A DNA stretch of 64,000 nt. It comes from a virus. Shown in pieces: positions 19,745 to 28,788 of this stretch (its first letter is position 1; every line of letters begins with the position of its first letter). The position numbers and the translations under genes are program-made. Where the stretch lies: positions 71,426-135,425 of IMG/VR virus record IMGVR_UViG_3300010883_028422. The stretch is one strand, 5' to 3'. Below the pieces are notes generated by a model, which was given only the letters and a program-made list of their open reading frames with translations, made no database searches and was not told the origin of the DNA.

Positions 19745-20572
19745 ATGATTATAGCGCAGATGGGCAATGGGTTTGTTGGTAGTGCATTGCATAAGTCTTT
19801 TAAGTTAAATGGCATAACTACAATTATTTATGACAAGTTTCAAAAGATAGGATCGGCAAGCTCCGTTTTAGACTCTGAAATTCTATTCTTGTGCCTCCCC
19901 ACTCCATTCATTAAAGACAAAGGCTTTGATCTTTCCGCTATAGAGGAGAATCTATTGTTTTTAAAAGAGAATAGGTATGGTGGACTTTGTGTGATTAAGT
20001 CTACAGTGGAGATCGGAACGACAAAAGCACTTGCAGAGAGGTATTCCTTGAATATTGCTCATAATCCAGAATTTTTAACAGAAAGAACGGCGTTTGAAGA
20101 TTTTCATAACCAAGACCATATTGTTTTGGGAAAGTCATCAGATTCTGGGCTTTTTGATTCTTTAATTTTATTTTATAAAGATCTTTACCCAAATTCTAGA
20201 ATTTCTGTATGTTCATCCGATGAATCTGAGGCGATGAAGATTTTTAGAAATTGTTTTTATGCACAAAAAGTCATGATATTTAACGAATTTTACTTTTTAT
20301 GCAATAAGCTTGGAATGAATTATGATAGGGTTAGAGATTTGATGCTTTGTGATTGGCTTGGAGAGATGCATACCATAGTGCCTGGTCCGGACGGAGGGGT
20401 TGGCTACTCTGGGCATTGCTTTCCAAAGGATACGGAGGCTTTGTTGCTTCAGATGAAGAATAATGACTCGGCACATAAGGTTTTAGAGGCGGCTATAAAT
20501 GAGCGAAATGAGATAAGGCCGGAGATGGTAAATATTATAGAGGAGTCAGCGGGGTTTGCAGATGGGGATTGA
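19745..20572 (+). CDS. UDP-glucose/GDP-mannose dehydrogenase family, short form lacking the usual C-terminal domain
   Basis: GNGFVG, IKSTV, HNPEFLTE, E.MK...N, catalytic GHCFPKD; only ~275 aa. Confidence 0.9.
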   Translation: MIIAQMGNGFVGSALHKSFKLNGITTIIYDKFQKIGSASSVLDSEILFLCLPTPFIKDKGFDLSAIEENLLFLKENRYGGLCVIKSTVEIGTTKALAERYSLNIAHNPEFLTERTAFEDFHNQDHIVLGKSSDSGLFDSLILFYKDLYPNSRISVCSSDESEAMKIFRNCFYAQKVMIFNEFYFLCNKLGMNYDRVRDLMLCDWLGEMHTIVPGPDGGVGYSGHCFPKDTEALLLQMKNNDSAHKVLEAAINERNEIRPEMVNIIEESAGFADGD

Positions 20573-21503
20573 TGCAAAAACAATTTTAGTTACAGGTTCG
20601 GCCGGGTTTATAGGGGGCCACTTGACGGATGAGCTTTTAAGGCTTGGGTGTAGGGTTGTTGGTGTTGATAATATGAGGTCTGGACTTAGCAGCACGATGA
20701 ACCTGCATATTTTAAATAAAAATTTTATACCAAGGCATATCGACATAAGAGATGAGTCTGTGGAGGGCATTTTTGAAGAATTTTCTCCAGATTTAGTCTT
20801 TCATTTGGCCGCAATACCCGGGGTTACGCCATCGGTTATTGATCCAATTTTGTCAAATGATGTAAATATAAATGGAACACTGAATATGTTATATCTGTCT
20901 CATAACTATAATGTAAAAAGATTTATTTTTTCATCATCATCATCTGTATATGGTGGTTCTGATATTTTGCCAACGCCAGAAGAGACTCCGCTAGATCCGA
21001 AGTCTCCATACGCATTACAAAAGAAGGTTGGTGAAGAGTATTGCAAGCTTTTTTCAGAGATTTATCAGCTTGATACGGTTTGCTTGAGATACTTCAATGT
21101 TTTTGGCCCAAGGCAGAGGTCGGACTCTGCGTATGCTGCGGTTATTTCTGCATTTTGTAATAGTGTAAAAAACGAAAAAAATCCAGTAATATATGGCGAT
21201 GGAGAGCAGTCTAGGGACTTTTGTTTTGTAGATAATGTTGTTTCTGCGAATATTTTGGCGGCGACTTCTGATTTTGAATTCTCCGGAGATGCATTCAATG
21301 TTGGTTGCGGAGGAAGCATCTCTGTAAACTCAATTTGCAGCTCATTAGAGACAAAAGAGCCTGTTTTTAAGGATAAGCGCCCAGGTGATGTCATGTGCTC
21401 TCAGGCAGATATAACAAAAGCTTGTAAAATGTTAAAGTATAAGCCCTTAGTTTCTTATGAAGAAGGACTAAAGGCTACATTGGATTGGCATCTAAACAGT
21501 TAA
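20556..21503 (+). CDS. NAD-dependent nucleotide-sugar epimerase (WbpP/GalE-like SDR)
   Basis: VTGSAGFIG, HLAA, SSSSVYG, YxxxK (YALQK), RYFNVFGPRQ, GDG.QSRDF. Confidence 0.92.
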   Translation: MQMGIDAKTILVTGSAGFIGGHLTDELLRLGCRVVGVDNMRSGLSSTMNLHILNKNFIPRHIDIRDESVEGIFEEFSPDLVFHLAAIPGVTPSVIDPILSNDVNINGTLNMLYLSHNYNVKRFIFSSSSSVYGGSDILPTPEETPLDPKSPYALQKKVGEEYCKLFSEIYQLDTVCLRYFNVFGPRQRSDSAYAAVISAFCNSVKNEKNPVIYGDGEQSRDFCFVDNVVSANILAATSDFEFSGDAFNVGCGGSISVNSICSSLETKEPVFKDKRPGDVMCSQADITKACKMLKYKPLVSYEEGLKATLDWHLNS

Positions 21504-21535
21504 TAATTATAATTAAATATAGAGGGCATTGTGAT

Positions 21536-23365
21536 ATGTGCGGTATATTTGGTTATATAGGTGGCGAAGATTCCCATCAGAGGGTTAAGCTGGGCCTTGA
21601 GGGGCTTGCCTATAGGGGCTATGACTCGGCCGGAATAGTGTCGGTTGTAAATAATAAATTTGAAGAAAACAAGTGTGTTGGCCACCCAGAAGAGTTGTTG
21701 GATTTAGATATTGAATCTAACCTGTCAATAGGGCATAATAGATGGGCAACGCATGGCGCTCCAAGCGCCTTAAATGCTCATCCGCACTTCTCAAATGACG
21801 GCAAGATAGCGCTTGTTCACAACGGAATAATAGAAAATTATTATGAGATAAGTGATTTTTTAGAAAAAAATAATTTTTCTTTTTATTCAGATACTGATAC
21901 TGAGTTAATCCCCAACCTCATTCAATATTATATGGGTAATTTAAATATTGTTGATGCGACTATAGCCGCAATGAATGATATCAGGGGGGCTTATGCGATG
22001 GCCTTTATCCACATAAACCACCCAGAGAAGATAATTATAGCGAGATTGGGCTCTCCGGTTTGTGTTGGCAGAGACGCGTCTGGTGGCATATACGTATCTT
22101 CTGATGCAGGCGCTTTACCGCAGTCTGTAAAGGAGGTTATGGACATAGGTGACGGCAAGCTGGTGGTGGCGGACTCTTGCGGCAGCGTTGTAGTTAAAAA
22201 TCTTGAAGGAAATACCTTAGAGCATAAATTTGAAGAGGCTGAGATAAAAGAAAAAAATTATACAATTGGTAGCTTTAATCATTTTTTAGAAAAAGAGATA
22301 TTTGAGCAGCCTATTTATCTTAGAAACGCTATTAGCGGCAGGGTAAATATTGATAAAAAAATAATAAAGCTTAGCGGCATATCAGGCCATATTCAGAGTA
22401 TATTAGATGCCGAAGAGATAATCTATACTGGATGTGGATCGGCATATTATGCTGCGTGTATTGGCGCACAGTCAATGGAGAGTGTTGCGAGAAAGAGAGT
22501 TAGGGTTATGCCGGCAGGAGACCTGAAGTATTATAATCCAGTTATAAATGAAAAAACTGTTTTGATAGCGGTATCTCAATCTGGAGAGACGGCTGATACT
22601 ATAGGCTGTATAAAGATGGCGAAAAATCATGGCGCAACTACATTGGGAGTTGTAAATGTTGTAAATTCAACTATATCAAGAATGGTTGATTCTGGGATAT
22701 ATATTCGCGCAGGAGAAGAGGTTAGCGTTGCATCTACAAAATCTGTTATCAATCAGATGATGGCAATGATATCCTTGGCGGTGTTGGTTGGATCAAAAAG
22801 AGATTTATCAGAATTAGAATATGAGTCTTTGATATCAGAATTGCATTGTTTGCCAAATATGATTGACAAAGTTTTATTAGAAAGCGGTATGATTGAAGAG
22901 ATTGCAAAAAAATATGCAAATTATAGCAATATGCTGTGCATTGGCCGAGGAGCGTTAGAGCATATTGCAAAAGAAGCTGCTTTAAAGATAAAAGAGATAA
23001 GCTATATTCATGCAGAAGGATATTCTGCAGCAGAATTAAAGCACGGACCTCTTGCGCTCATTGATGAGAATATGCCGACACTAGCAATGGTTGCGAGCGG
23101 ACCGATGGAGGGGAAGATGCTGAGCAATATAAGGGAGATTAAAAGCAGAGGTGGCGCGGTAATAGGGGTTGTCAGCTCTGATGTTTCAAAAGAAACCAGG
23201 AGGGTTTTAGACGAAATTATAGAGGTCCCTGCATGCTCAAACAAGCTCCTTGAGCCATTATTATTTTTGGTTCCATGCCAGCTATTTTCTTATTTTCTAG
23301 CAAAAGAAAACGGACGCTGCATAGACCGTCCAAGAAACTTGGCAAAAAGTGTTACGGTTGAGTAA
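21536..23365 (+). CDS. glmS: Glutamine--fructose-6-phosphate aminotransferase
   Basis: MCGIFG N-terminal nucleophile start at 21536, YRGYDSAG, HNRWATHG, SQSGETADT, ELKHGP, PRNLAKSVTVE. Confidence 0.98.
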   Translation: MCGIFGYIGGEDSHQRVKLGLEGLAYRGYDSAGIVSVVNNKFEENKCVGHPEELLDLDIESNLSIGHNRWATHGAPSALNAHPHFSNDGKIALVHNGIIENYYEISDFLEKNNFSFYSDTDTELIPNLIQYYMGNLNIVDATIAAMNDIRGAYAMAFIHINHPEKIIIARLGSPVCVGRDASGGIYVSSDAGALPQSVKEVMDIGDGKLVVADSCGSVVVKNLEGNTLEHKFEEAEIKEKNYTIGSFNHFLEKEIFEQPIYLRNAISGRVNIDKKIIKLSGISGHIQSILDAEEIIYTGCGSAYYAACIGAQSMESVARKRVRVMPAGDLKYYNPVINEKTVLIAVSQSGETADTIGCIKMAKNHGATTLGVVNVVNSTISRMVDSGIYIRAGEEVSVASTKSVINQMMAMISLAVLVGSKRDLSELEYESLISELHCLPNMIDKVLLESGMIEEIAKKYANYSNMLCIGRGALEHIAKEAALKIKEISYIHAEGYSAAELKHGPLALIDENMPTLAMVASGPMEGKMLSNIREIKSRGGAVIGVVSSDVSKETRRVLDEIIEVPACSNKLLEPLLFLVPCQLFSYFLAKENGRCIDRPRNLAKSVTVE

Positions 23366-23390
23366 AATACAAACTTAGTGGAGGCGTTAT

Positions 23391-24386
23391 ATGCTTACGG
23401 CAGTTATAACTGGAGTTGCAGGCCAAGATGGTAGTTATTTAGCAGAGTTATTGTTGGATAAAGGCTACAAGGTGGTTGGAATATCTAGGCGAAAAAGTGT
23501 TAATGATGGATTGCAGAATTTAGAACACAATGTGTTGGGTAATGATAATTTTACACTTTTGAATGGAGATATAAAGGATTCAACTTTTATATATAGGTGC
23601 GTTGAGGAATACAGGCCAGATGAGTGGTATAACTTAGCTGCACAATCTAATGTTGGACATTCTTTTAAAGAACCAGTTGAAACATTCGGAACTAACGCAT
23701 TAGCTGTAGTTATTCAGCTTGAAGCCATAAGATCCCTGTCTCCATCGACAAAGTTTTATCAAGCATCTACCAGCGAGCTATGGGGAGGGCTCAGCTGCCC
23801 CAAAACAGGATATAGCGAGAGCATGAGGTTTTATCCAAGATCTCCATATGGCGTATCCAAGTTATCAGCGTATTGGTCAGTGGTCAATCATAGAGATGCG
23901 TATGGCTTGTTTGCATGTAGCGGTATACTCCATAATCACAGCAGCCCAAGGAGGGGTTTGGACTTCGCAACAAGAAAAATAACCAGAGGCGTTGCGGAGA
24001 TTACTCTTGGGCTGAAGGATAAGATAAGAATGGGTGATTTGAGCGCATTTCGTGATGAGGGACATTCCAAGGACTATGTTGAGGCTATGCATCTTATGTT
24101 GCAAAATGATAGCCCAAAGGATTATGTTATTTCCACGGGAACCGGAGCAACTATAGAGGATATGTTTAGGCATGTCGCATCTTTTGCAGGTTTAAAATTT
24201 GAAGACCTCTATGAGGTAGATGAAAGATTTATGAGGCCGTCTGAAGTGCCGTTTTTGCTTGGTAATTCATCGTTAGCAAAGAGCGAGCTTGGATGGAGTC
24301 CAAAATATACATGGAAAAACCTATTAGAAGAGATGTTCGAGAGTGATTTGTTGGTAATTTCAAATGAAAGATGGAAAAATAGTTAA
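23391..24386 (+). CDS. gmd: GDP-mannose 4,6-dehydratase
   Basis: ITGVAGQDGSYLAE, YNLAAQS, YQASTSE, PRSPYGVSK, GILHNHSSPRRG, TRKIT. GGAGG RBS. Confidence 0.96.
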   Translation: MLTAVITGVAGQDGSYLAELLLDKGYKVVGISRRKSVNDGLQNLEHNVLGNDNFTLLNGDIKDSTFIYRCVEEYRPDEWYNLAAQSNVGHSFKEPVETFGTNALAVVIQLEAIRSLSPSTKFYQASTSELWGGLSCPKTGYSESMRFYPRSPYGVSKLSAYWSVVNHRDAYGLFACSGILHNHSSPRRGLDFATRKITRGVAEITLGLKDKIRMGDLSAFRDEGHSKDYVEAMHLMLQNDSPKDYVISTGTGATIEDMFRHVASFAGLKFEDLYEVDERFMRPSEVPFLLGNSSLAKSELGWSPKYTWKNLLEEMFESDLLVISNERWKNS

Positions 24387-25326
24387 AAAAATAGTAATAA
24401 TAGCGTTTAATTTTGGATTTGCAGGAAGATATGTTAACGGTCCAGGGATATGTCTTTATAATTTATATAATATCCTAAAAAAACACACTTCTGTTGACGT
24501 TAAGATATTTACAAAAATGCATGCGCATGGGCAATTTAATTCAGACGATATATTTTCGATAGATGATAAAGAATATCTGTCAGAATGCATAAAAAATTGT
24601 GATATTCTGCATCATTGGAGTGGCCTTGCAAATATTTATTCTAATATAATAAAATTTGCTAATTTTTGTAATAAAAAAGTTATAATTGGTCCAAATGTAA
24701 TTGACACTGTGGACTTTTTAAAAGAAAAGAAGTTTTTGTCAAAAATCAACTATGATAGGATTTTATTGGTAAATAATAGGATAAAATACAGAGCTTTAGA
24801 TTTTTATGGCATAGATAGCGACCTATTAAGCATATTTATGGTCGGACCAGACTTAGACTTGTGGTCGCCAAGTGACATATGTAATGAAAAGATTTTGTGG
24901 AAAGGCAACTCGGCACAAGGCGTTAAGGGTGTATCTTTTGGGGTCGAGGTGTCTAAAAATTTGCCACAATATGATTTCGATTTCGTTGGACGCCCAACCC
25001 CATATAATTATTTTAAGCACATAGGGCCCGCAAAGGAGTATAAACTATTCTTTAGCACGTCAATGAGTGAGACGATGGGCATGGGGTTGGCAGAACAGTG
25101 GGCTGCGGGTATACCATCTATAACACACCCAAAGATTTATCTTCATGGTGAAAATTATATCACGGGCATAATAACGGATAGGTCCGTAAGCGCTTATTGT
25201 GATGCAATTGTTGAAATAATGGAGAATCCTGTTTTGTATAAAAATTTATCTTTAGGCGCAAGAAAGTATATGGAAGACAACTTTTCACATGAGTCAATTG
25301 CGTCAAAATATCTTTCTTTATTGTAA
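24364..25326 (+). CDS. GT4-like glycosyltransferase
   Basis: GVDL-like GPDLD, WKG...KG, SETMGMGLAEQWAAGIP. Confidence 0.75.
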   Translation: MKDGKIVKKIVIIAFNFGFAGRYVNGPGICLYNLYNILKKHTSVDVKIFTKMHAHGQFNSDDIFSIDDKEYLSECIKNCDILHHWSGLANIYSNIIKFANFCNKKVIIGPNVIDTVDFLKEKKFLSKINYDRILLVNNRIKYRALDFYGIDSDLLSIFMVGPDLDLWSPSDICNEKILWKGNSAQGVKGVSFGVEVSKNLPQYDFDFVGRPTPYNYFKHIGPAKEYKLFFSTSMSETMGMGLAEQWAAGIPSITHPKIYLHGENYITGIITDRSVSAYCDAIVEIMENPVLYKNLSLGARKYMEDNFSHESIASKYLSLL

Positions 25327-25338
25327 TTGAGCTTAAAT

Positions 25339-26046
25339 ATGTTAGTTGATGTTATAATTCCTGTATATAATCCAGGTCATTATTTGGATGAGGCCTTAAA
25401 AAGCTGTATAAAACAGACATATAGTGATTATAAAATAACTGTAGTTGATGATTGCTCTACTGAAAATATAATGCCGATCATCTCCAAGTATAGAGGTATT
25501 TCTTATATAAGAAACACTGAGAATATGGGGCCGGCTGCCTCCAGAAATGTTGGAATTAAGAATTCTAACGGAAGCCTTATAAGCCTTTTGGATGCAGATG
25601 ATGTTTGGGACCCAAATAAGTTATTATATAGCGTTAGAGAGTTTAAGAAGGACGGCGGCATAGGCATGACCTGTGGTAACTACAGAATAATGACAAGCTC
25701 TAGAGTTTTAAAGCCATTTTATAAAAAAAGTATAGCCATAAATCATAGGATGCTGATGAAGAACAATTATGTCGCATCAGGCTCTGTTACGGTAAAACGA
25801 AGCGTTATTGATGACGTTGGATTGTTCAATAAGGATTATTGGATTGCAGAGGATTATGATTTATGGTTAAGAATAAGCGAAAAGTATCCTATAAAGTATA
25901 TACATAAAATTCTATATTATTATAGGATAGTGAAAGGCGGCGGATCACTAACTCAGAGGGACGATGTGCAGGAGGCGCATGAATTTAATTTATCAAAGAT
26001 AAAAAAAGAGTCAGCCTGGAGGGTTAGGGAGAGTGAAGACAGCTAG
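25339..26046 (+). CDS. Soluble GT-A glycosyltransferase (GT2)
   Basis: VIIPVYN, VVDDCSTE, N.GPAASRN.G, LDADD, EDYDLWLR. No transmembrane segment. Confidence 0.93.
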   Translation: MLVDVIIPVYNPGHYLDEALKSCIKQTYSDYKITVVDDCSTENIMPIISKYRGISYIRNTENMGPAASRNVGIKNSNGSLISLLDADDVWDPNKLLYSVREFKKDGGIGMTCGNYRIMTSSRVLKPFYKKSIAINHRMLMKNNYVASGSVTVKRSVIDDVGLFNKDYWIAEDYDLWLRISEKYPIKYIHKILYYYRIVKGGGSLTQRDDVQEAHEFNLSKIKKESAWRVRESEDS

Positions 26047-26266
26047 CGTAAGCCGCAAAAGACATATTTTAAAAACAATAACCTGGAGAGTGATTGGAAC
26101 TTTAGATACAATGCTTCTTGGATGGATTGTAACCGGGAGTGCACTAATCGGTCTAAAAATCAGTGCTATTGAGTTAGTCACAAAAATGTTATTGTATTAT
26201 TTTCATGAAAGATTATGGTATCGTTTTAATTTTGGAATAAAAAATAGGGATAAACTGAATGGTTAA
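26033..26266 (+). CDS. DUF2061-like small membrane protein
   Basis: RHILKTITWRVIGTLDT...K..LYYFHER.W pattern. Confidence 0.8.
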   Translation: MKTASVSRKRHILKTITWRVIGTLDTMLLGWIVTGSALIGLKISAIELVTKMLLYYFHERLWYRFNFGIKNRDKLNG

Positions 26267-28754
26267 AAAATTTGATATATCTTCTGTAAAAAATAAAAGA
26301 ATTTTAATAAAAACTTTTATGTTTGAATCAGGACTTTGGTATTTGGCAAAATCACTTGGCGATATATTGTCTAAAAATAATTATGTACATTATATTCCAA
26401 AGGCTAGATATACAGATTCAGGAAGAAGGTTTTCGAGGTCATATCCTGAGCCAAACAATAAGGATGAGTTTGTAGATATAAACTTTGATGAATTTTCTGC
26501 AGAAAACAGCGTTGAGGGGCAGATATCCAAATGTATAGACAAATATAATATTGACTTGGTTATATCATTCGAAACTCTAATGGAGTGTGGCCAGTGGGTT
26601 GTCAACTGCAAGATAAAGCATGACGTAGAAATATATGACGTTCCAATGCCAGAGTGGACAACAAAAAGGTTCGTAGAGTCCGATGCATATAAATCTTTTG
26701 ATAAAATAATATGCCTGACGGACTCGTGCAGTGATATCTTTAAAGATTATAATAACGTGGTTAGATCTAATTGGCTTTATATGAAAAAGAAGGAGGTGGA
26801 GAAGTCAGATGATGTTGTTAGGTTTTATCACCCAGCATCATTGAATCTAAAATTTTCTACCAAAAATACATCTAATGTTATAGACGCCTTCCTGTCATTT
26901 TTAAATACAAGTGATTTACAGACACCTGTTGAGCTAATATTGACTGGAGGCATTTCGGATGAACATTCGGACAGATGCAATGAGCATGATAATATATTAA
27001 TAATTAATAATTATATTGATAGACAAGGAGTTTTTGATATATTGGAAAAAACAAATTGCCTTATCTCCCCCTCAAAAAGAGAGGGGCTTGGACTATCTTT
27101 TTTTGAGGCAAAAGCATTTGGATGTAGTATTATAACAACAAATTATCCGCCGATGAGTGATTATGGCGACTATCTGTGTAAGGTCTCCAGCTTGGTTTCT
27201 GATGAAAAAATTATACCACTGGCAGTCGTTAAGTCTGAAGACATCTTGAATCAATTAGAAAAATATTATGAGGAATTTATAATGGCAAAAAATAGCAAAA
27301 CTACTGCAAAAGAAGTAGAGGTTAAACCGAAAAGGAAGACGAAAAAGGCTGTCGAAAAAGAAAATCAGGATTTGCTTTCTGCGTTTTCAGCGAAAACTTC
27401 TTCTGATGACACGCTTGACGCAAGTGAAGATAACACCTCTGCTGAAAGTGTAGACATGGATAATGCCGTATTAGAAAAGTTAAAAAGCAAAATGGGCAAA
27501 AATACAACCGTTAGGAGTGATGCTATGCCGAACCTTATTGATGAAAGAGCTGTAGCCATAAATATGGCTGTTATCGGAGTTGGTCAGGCCGGCTCGAGGC
27601 TTGCAGAGGAATTTTATTTAAATGGATATGATGTTGGAGTAATTAATACATCTGCGCAAGATTTAGAGTTTATAAATGTAACGCCAACGCAAAAGCTTCT
27701 TATCGAGGGAAGCCTAGGCGGAACCGGTAAGGATTTGGATCTCGGAAGGGATCTTTTTAGTGAAAGTGAGGAGTTGATCTATAACTTTGTATCTGAAGTT
27801 TCGGACGGAAACGACATGGTTTATCTTGCCGTATCTGGCGGCGGTGGAACCGGGTCGTCTTCTGTTGATTTGTTAGTTCCAATGCTATTTAACCTTGGGC
27901 TTCCAGTTGGTGTTATATATGTATTGCCAAAGGCAACTGAGGATGCAAAGTCTAAAAAGAATTCAATTGAAACGTTATCTAGATTGGCACGAATGACATC
28001 TGATAGCTTGGTTTCAAACCTTATAGTTGTAGACAATGCTAGAATTGAGCAAATTTATGCAAATTTGAGTCAATCTCAATTTTGGAAGTCTGCAAATAAG
28101 GCGATTATAGAGCCGCTTCATTTGTTTAATACGCTTACAGCATCAGCATCGGATCACACATCTATGGACCCGAGTGATTTTGGAAAAATAATATCATGTG
28201 GTGATTGCTCAATATACGGCGTTATGGAGGTTGATAATTATATGGAGGAGACCGCGCTTGCAGAGGCCGTTATAGACAGCCTTGGAACAAGCATGCTCGC
28301 GGAAGGCTTTGATGTTGCTCAAACACGAGTTGGTGGCGTAATCATCACCGGGCCAAGAGAGGCCCTTGATAGGCTTCCGGCTATAAATATAAATTATTGT
28401 TTCCATATGATATCTGAGCAAACCAATGGGGCGTCTATATTCCAGGGCATATACAGCTCTGGAAGCACGTCTGATGGGGCTAATGATGCAGTTAAGATAT
28501 ACTCCTGGTTTGCCGGGCTGGGGCTGCCCAAGGACAGGGTTGACAGCTTAAAGAGAGAGAGCGCGATGCAATCAGAAATTGCTGCAGAAAAAGAGAAAAA
28601 TCGGGCGTCAGCTATGGTTCTAGATCTCGGTGAGGATAAGGTTAACTCCGTTACGGAAGAGGTTAGCAGAAAGATTAAAAAGAAGAAGTCTGGGTTTAAC
28701 AAGCTCCAGAGAACCTCCAGAAAGTCTATTATAGATAAAAGAAGAAGGCGATAA
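26259..28754 (+). CDS. In-frame fusion: GT4-like glycosyltransferase (aa ~1-341), low-complexity linker, tubulin/FtsZ-family GTPase and basic tail
   Basis: GT part: PSKREGLGLSFFEAKAFG. Tubulin part: VIGVGQAGSRLA, INT..QDL, GGTGKD, GGGGTGS signature, MDPSDF T7-like loop. No stop between the two parts. Confidence 0.88.
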   Translation: MVKKFDISSVKNKRILIKTFMFESGLWYLAKSLGDILSKNNYVHYIPKARYTDSGRRFSRSYPEPNNKDEFVDINFDEFSAENSVEGQISKCIDKYNIDLVISFETLMECGQWVVNCKIKHDVEIYDVPMPEWTTKRFVESDAYKSFDKIICLTDSCSDIFKDYNNVVRSNWLYMKKKEVEKSDDVVRFYHPASLNLKFSTKNTSNVIDAFLSFLNTSDLQTPVELILTGGISDEHSDRCNEHDNILIINNYIDRQGVFDILEKTNCLISPSKREGLGLSFFEAKAFGCSIITTNYPPMSDYGDYLCKVSSLVSDEKIIPLAVVKSEDILNQLEKYYEEFIMAKNSKTTAKEVEVKPKRKTKKAVEKENQDLLSAFSAKTSSDDTLDASEDNTSAESVDMDNAVLEKLKSKMGKNTTVRSDAMPNLIDERAVAINMAVIGVGQAGSRLAEEFYLNGYDVGVINTSAQDLEFINVTPTQKLLIEGSLGGTGKDLDLGRDLFSESEELIYNFVSEVSDGNDMVYLAVSGGGGTGSSSVDLLVPMLFNLGLPVGVIYVLPKATEDAKSKKNSIETLSRLARMTSDSLVSNLIVVDNARIEQIYANLSQSQFWKSANKAIIEPLHLFNTLTASASDHTSMDPSDFGKIISCGDCSIYGVMEVDNYMEETALAEAVIDSLGTSMLAEGFDVAQTRVGGVIITGPREALDRLPAININYCFHMISEQTNGASIFQGIYSSGSTSDGANDAVKIYSWFAGLGLPKDRVDSLKRESAMQSEIAAEKEKNRASAMVLDLGEDKVNSVTEEVSRKIKKKKSGFNKLQRTSRKSIIDKRRRR
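27270..27284 (+). promoter_or_regulatory. Internal RBS (GAGGA, 27270-27274) and in-frame ATG (27282) for a possible stand-alone tubulin
   Basis: TATGAGGAATTTATAATG; spacing of 7 nt; (27282-26259)/3=341, so in frame. Confidence 0.6.
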
Positions 28755-28788
28755 ACATTGCCTCTCTTTGAATGGATAAGAGATTTTT

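Noticed and set aside
27256-27282. A simple frameshift explaining the GT-tubulin fusion
   Set aside because: The +1 frame ending at TAA 27280 has a TAG at 27256, so it cannot be the GT's original terminus; the in-frame reading gives a plausible GT C-terminal helix.
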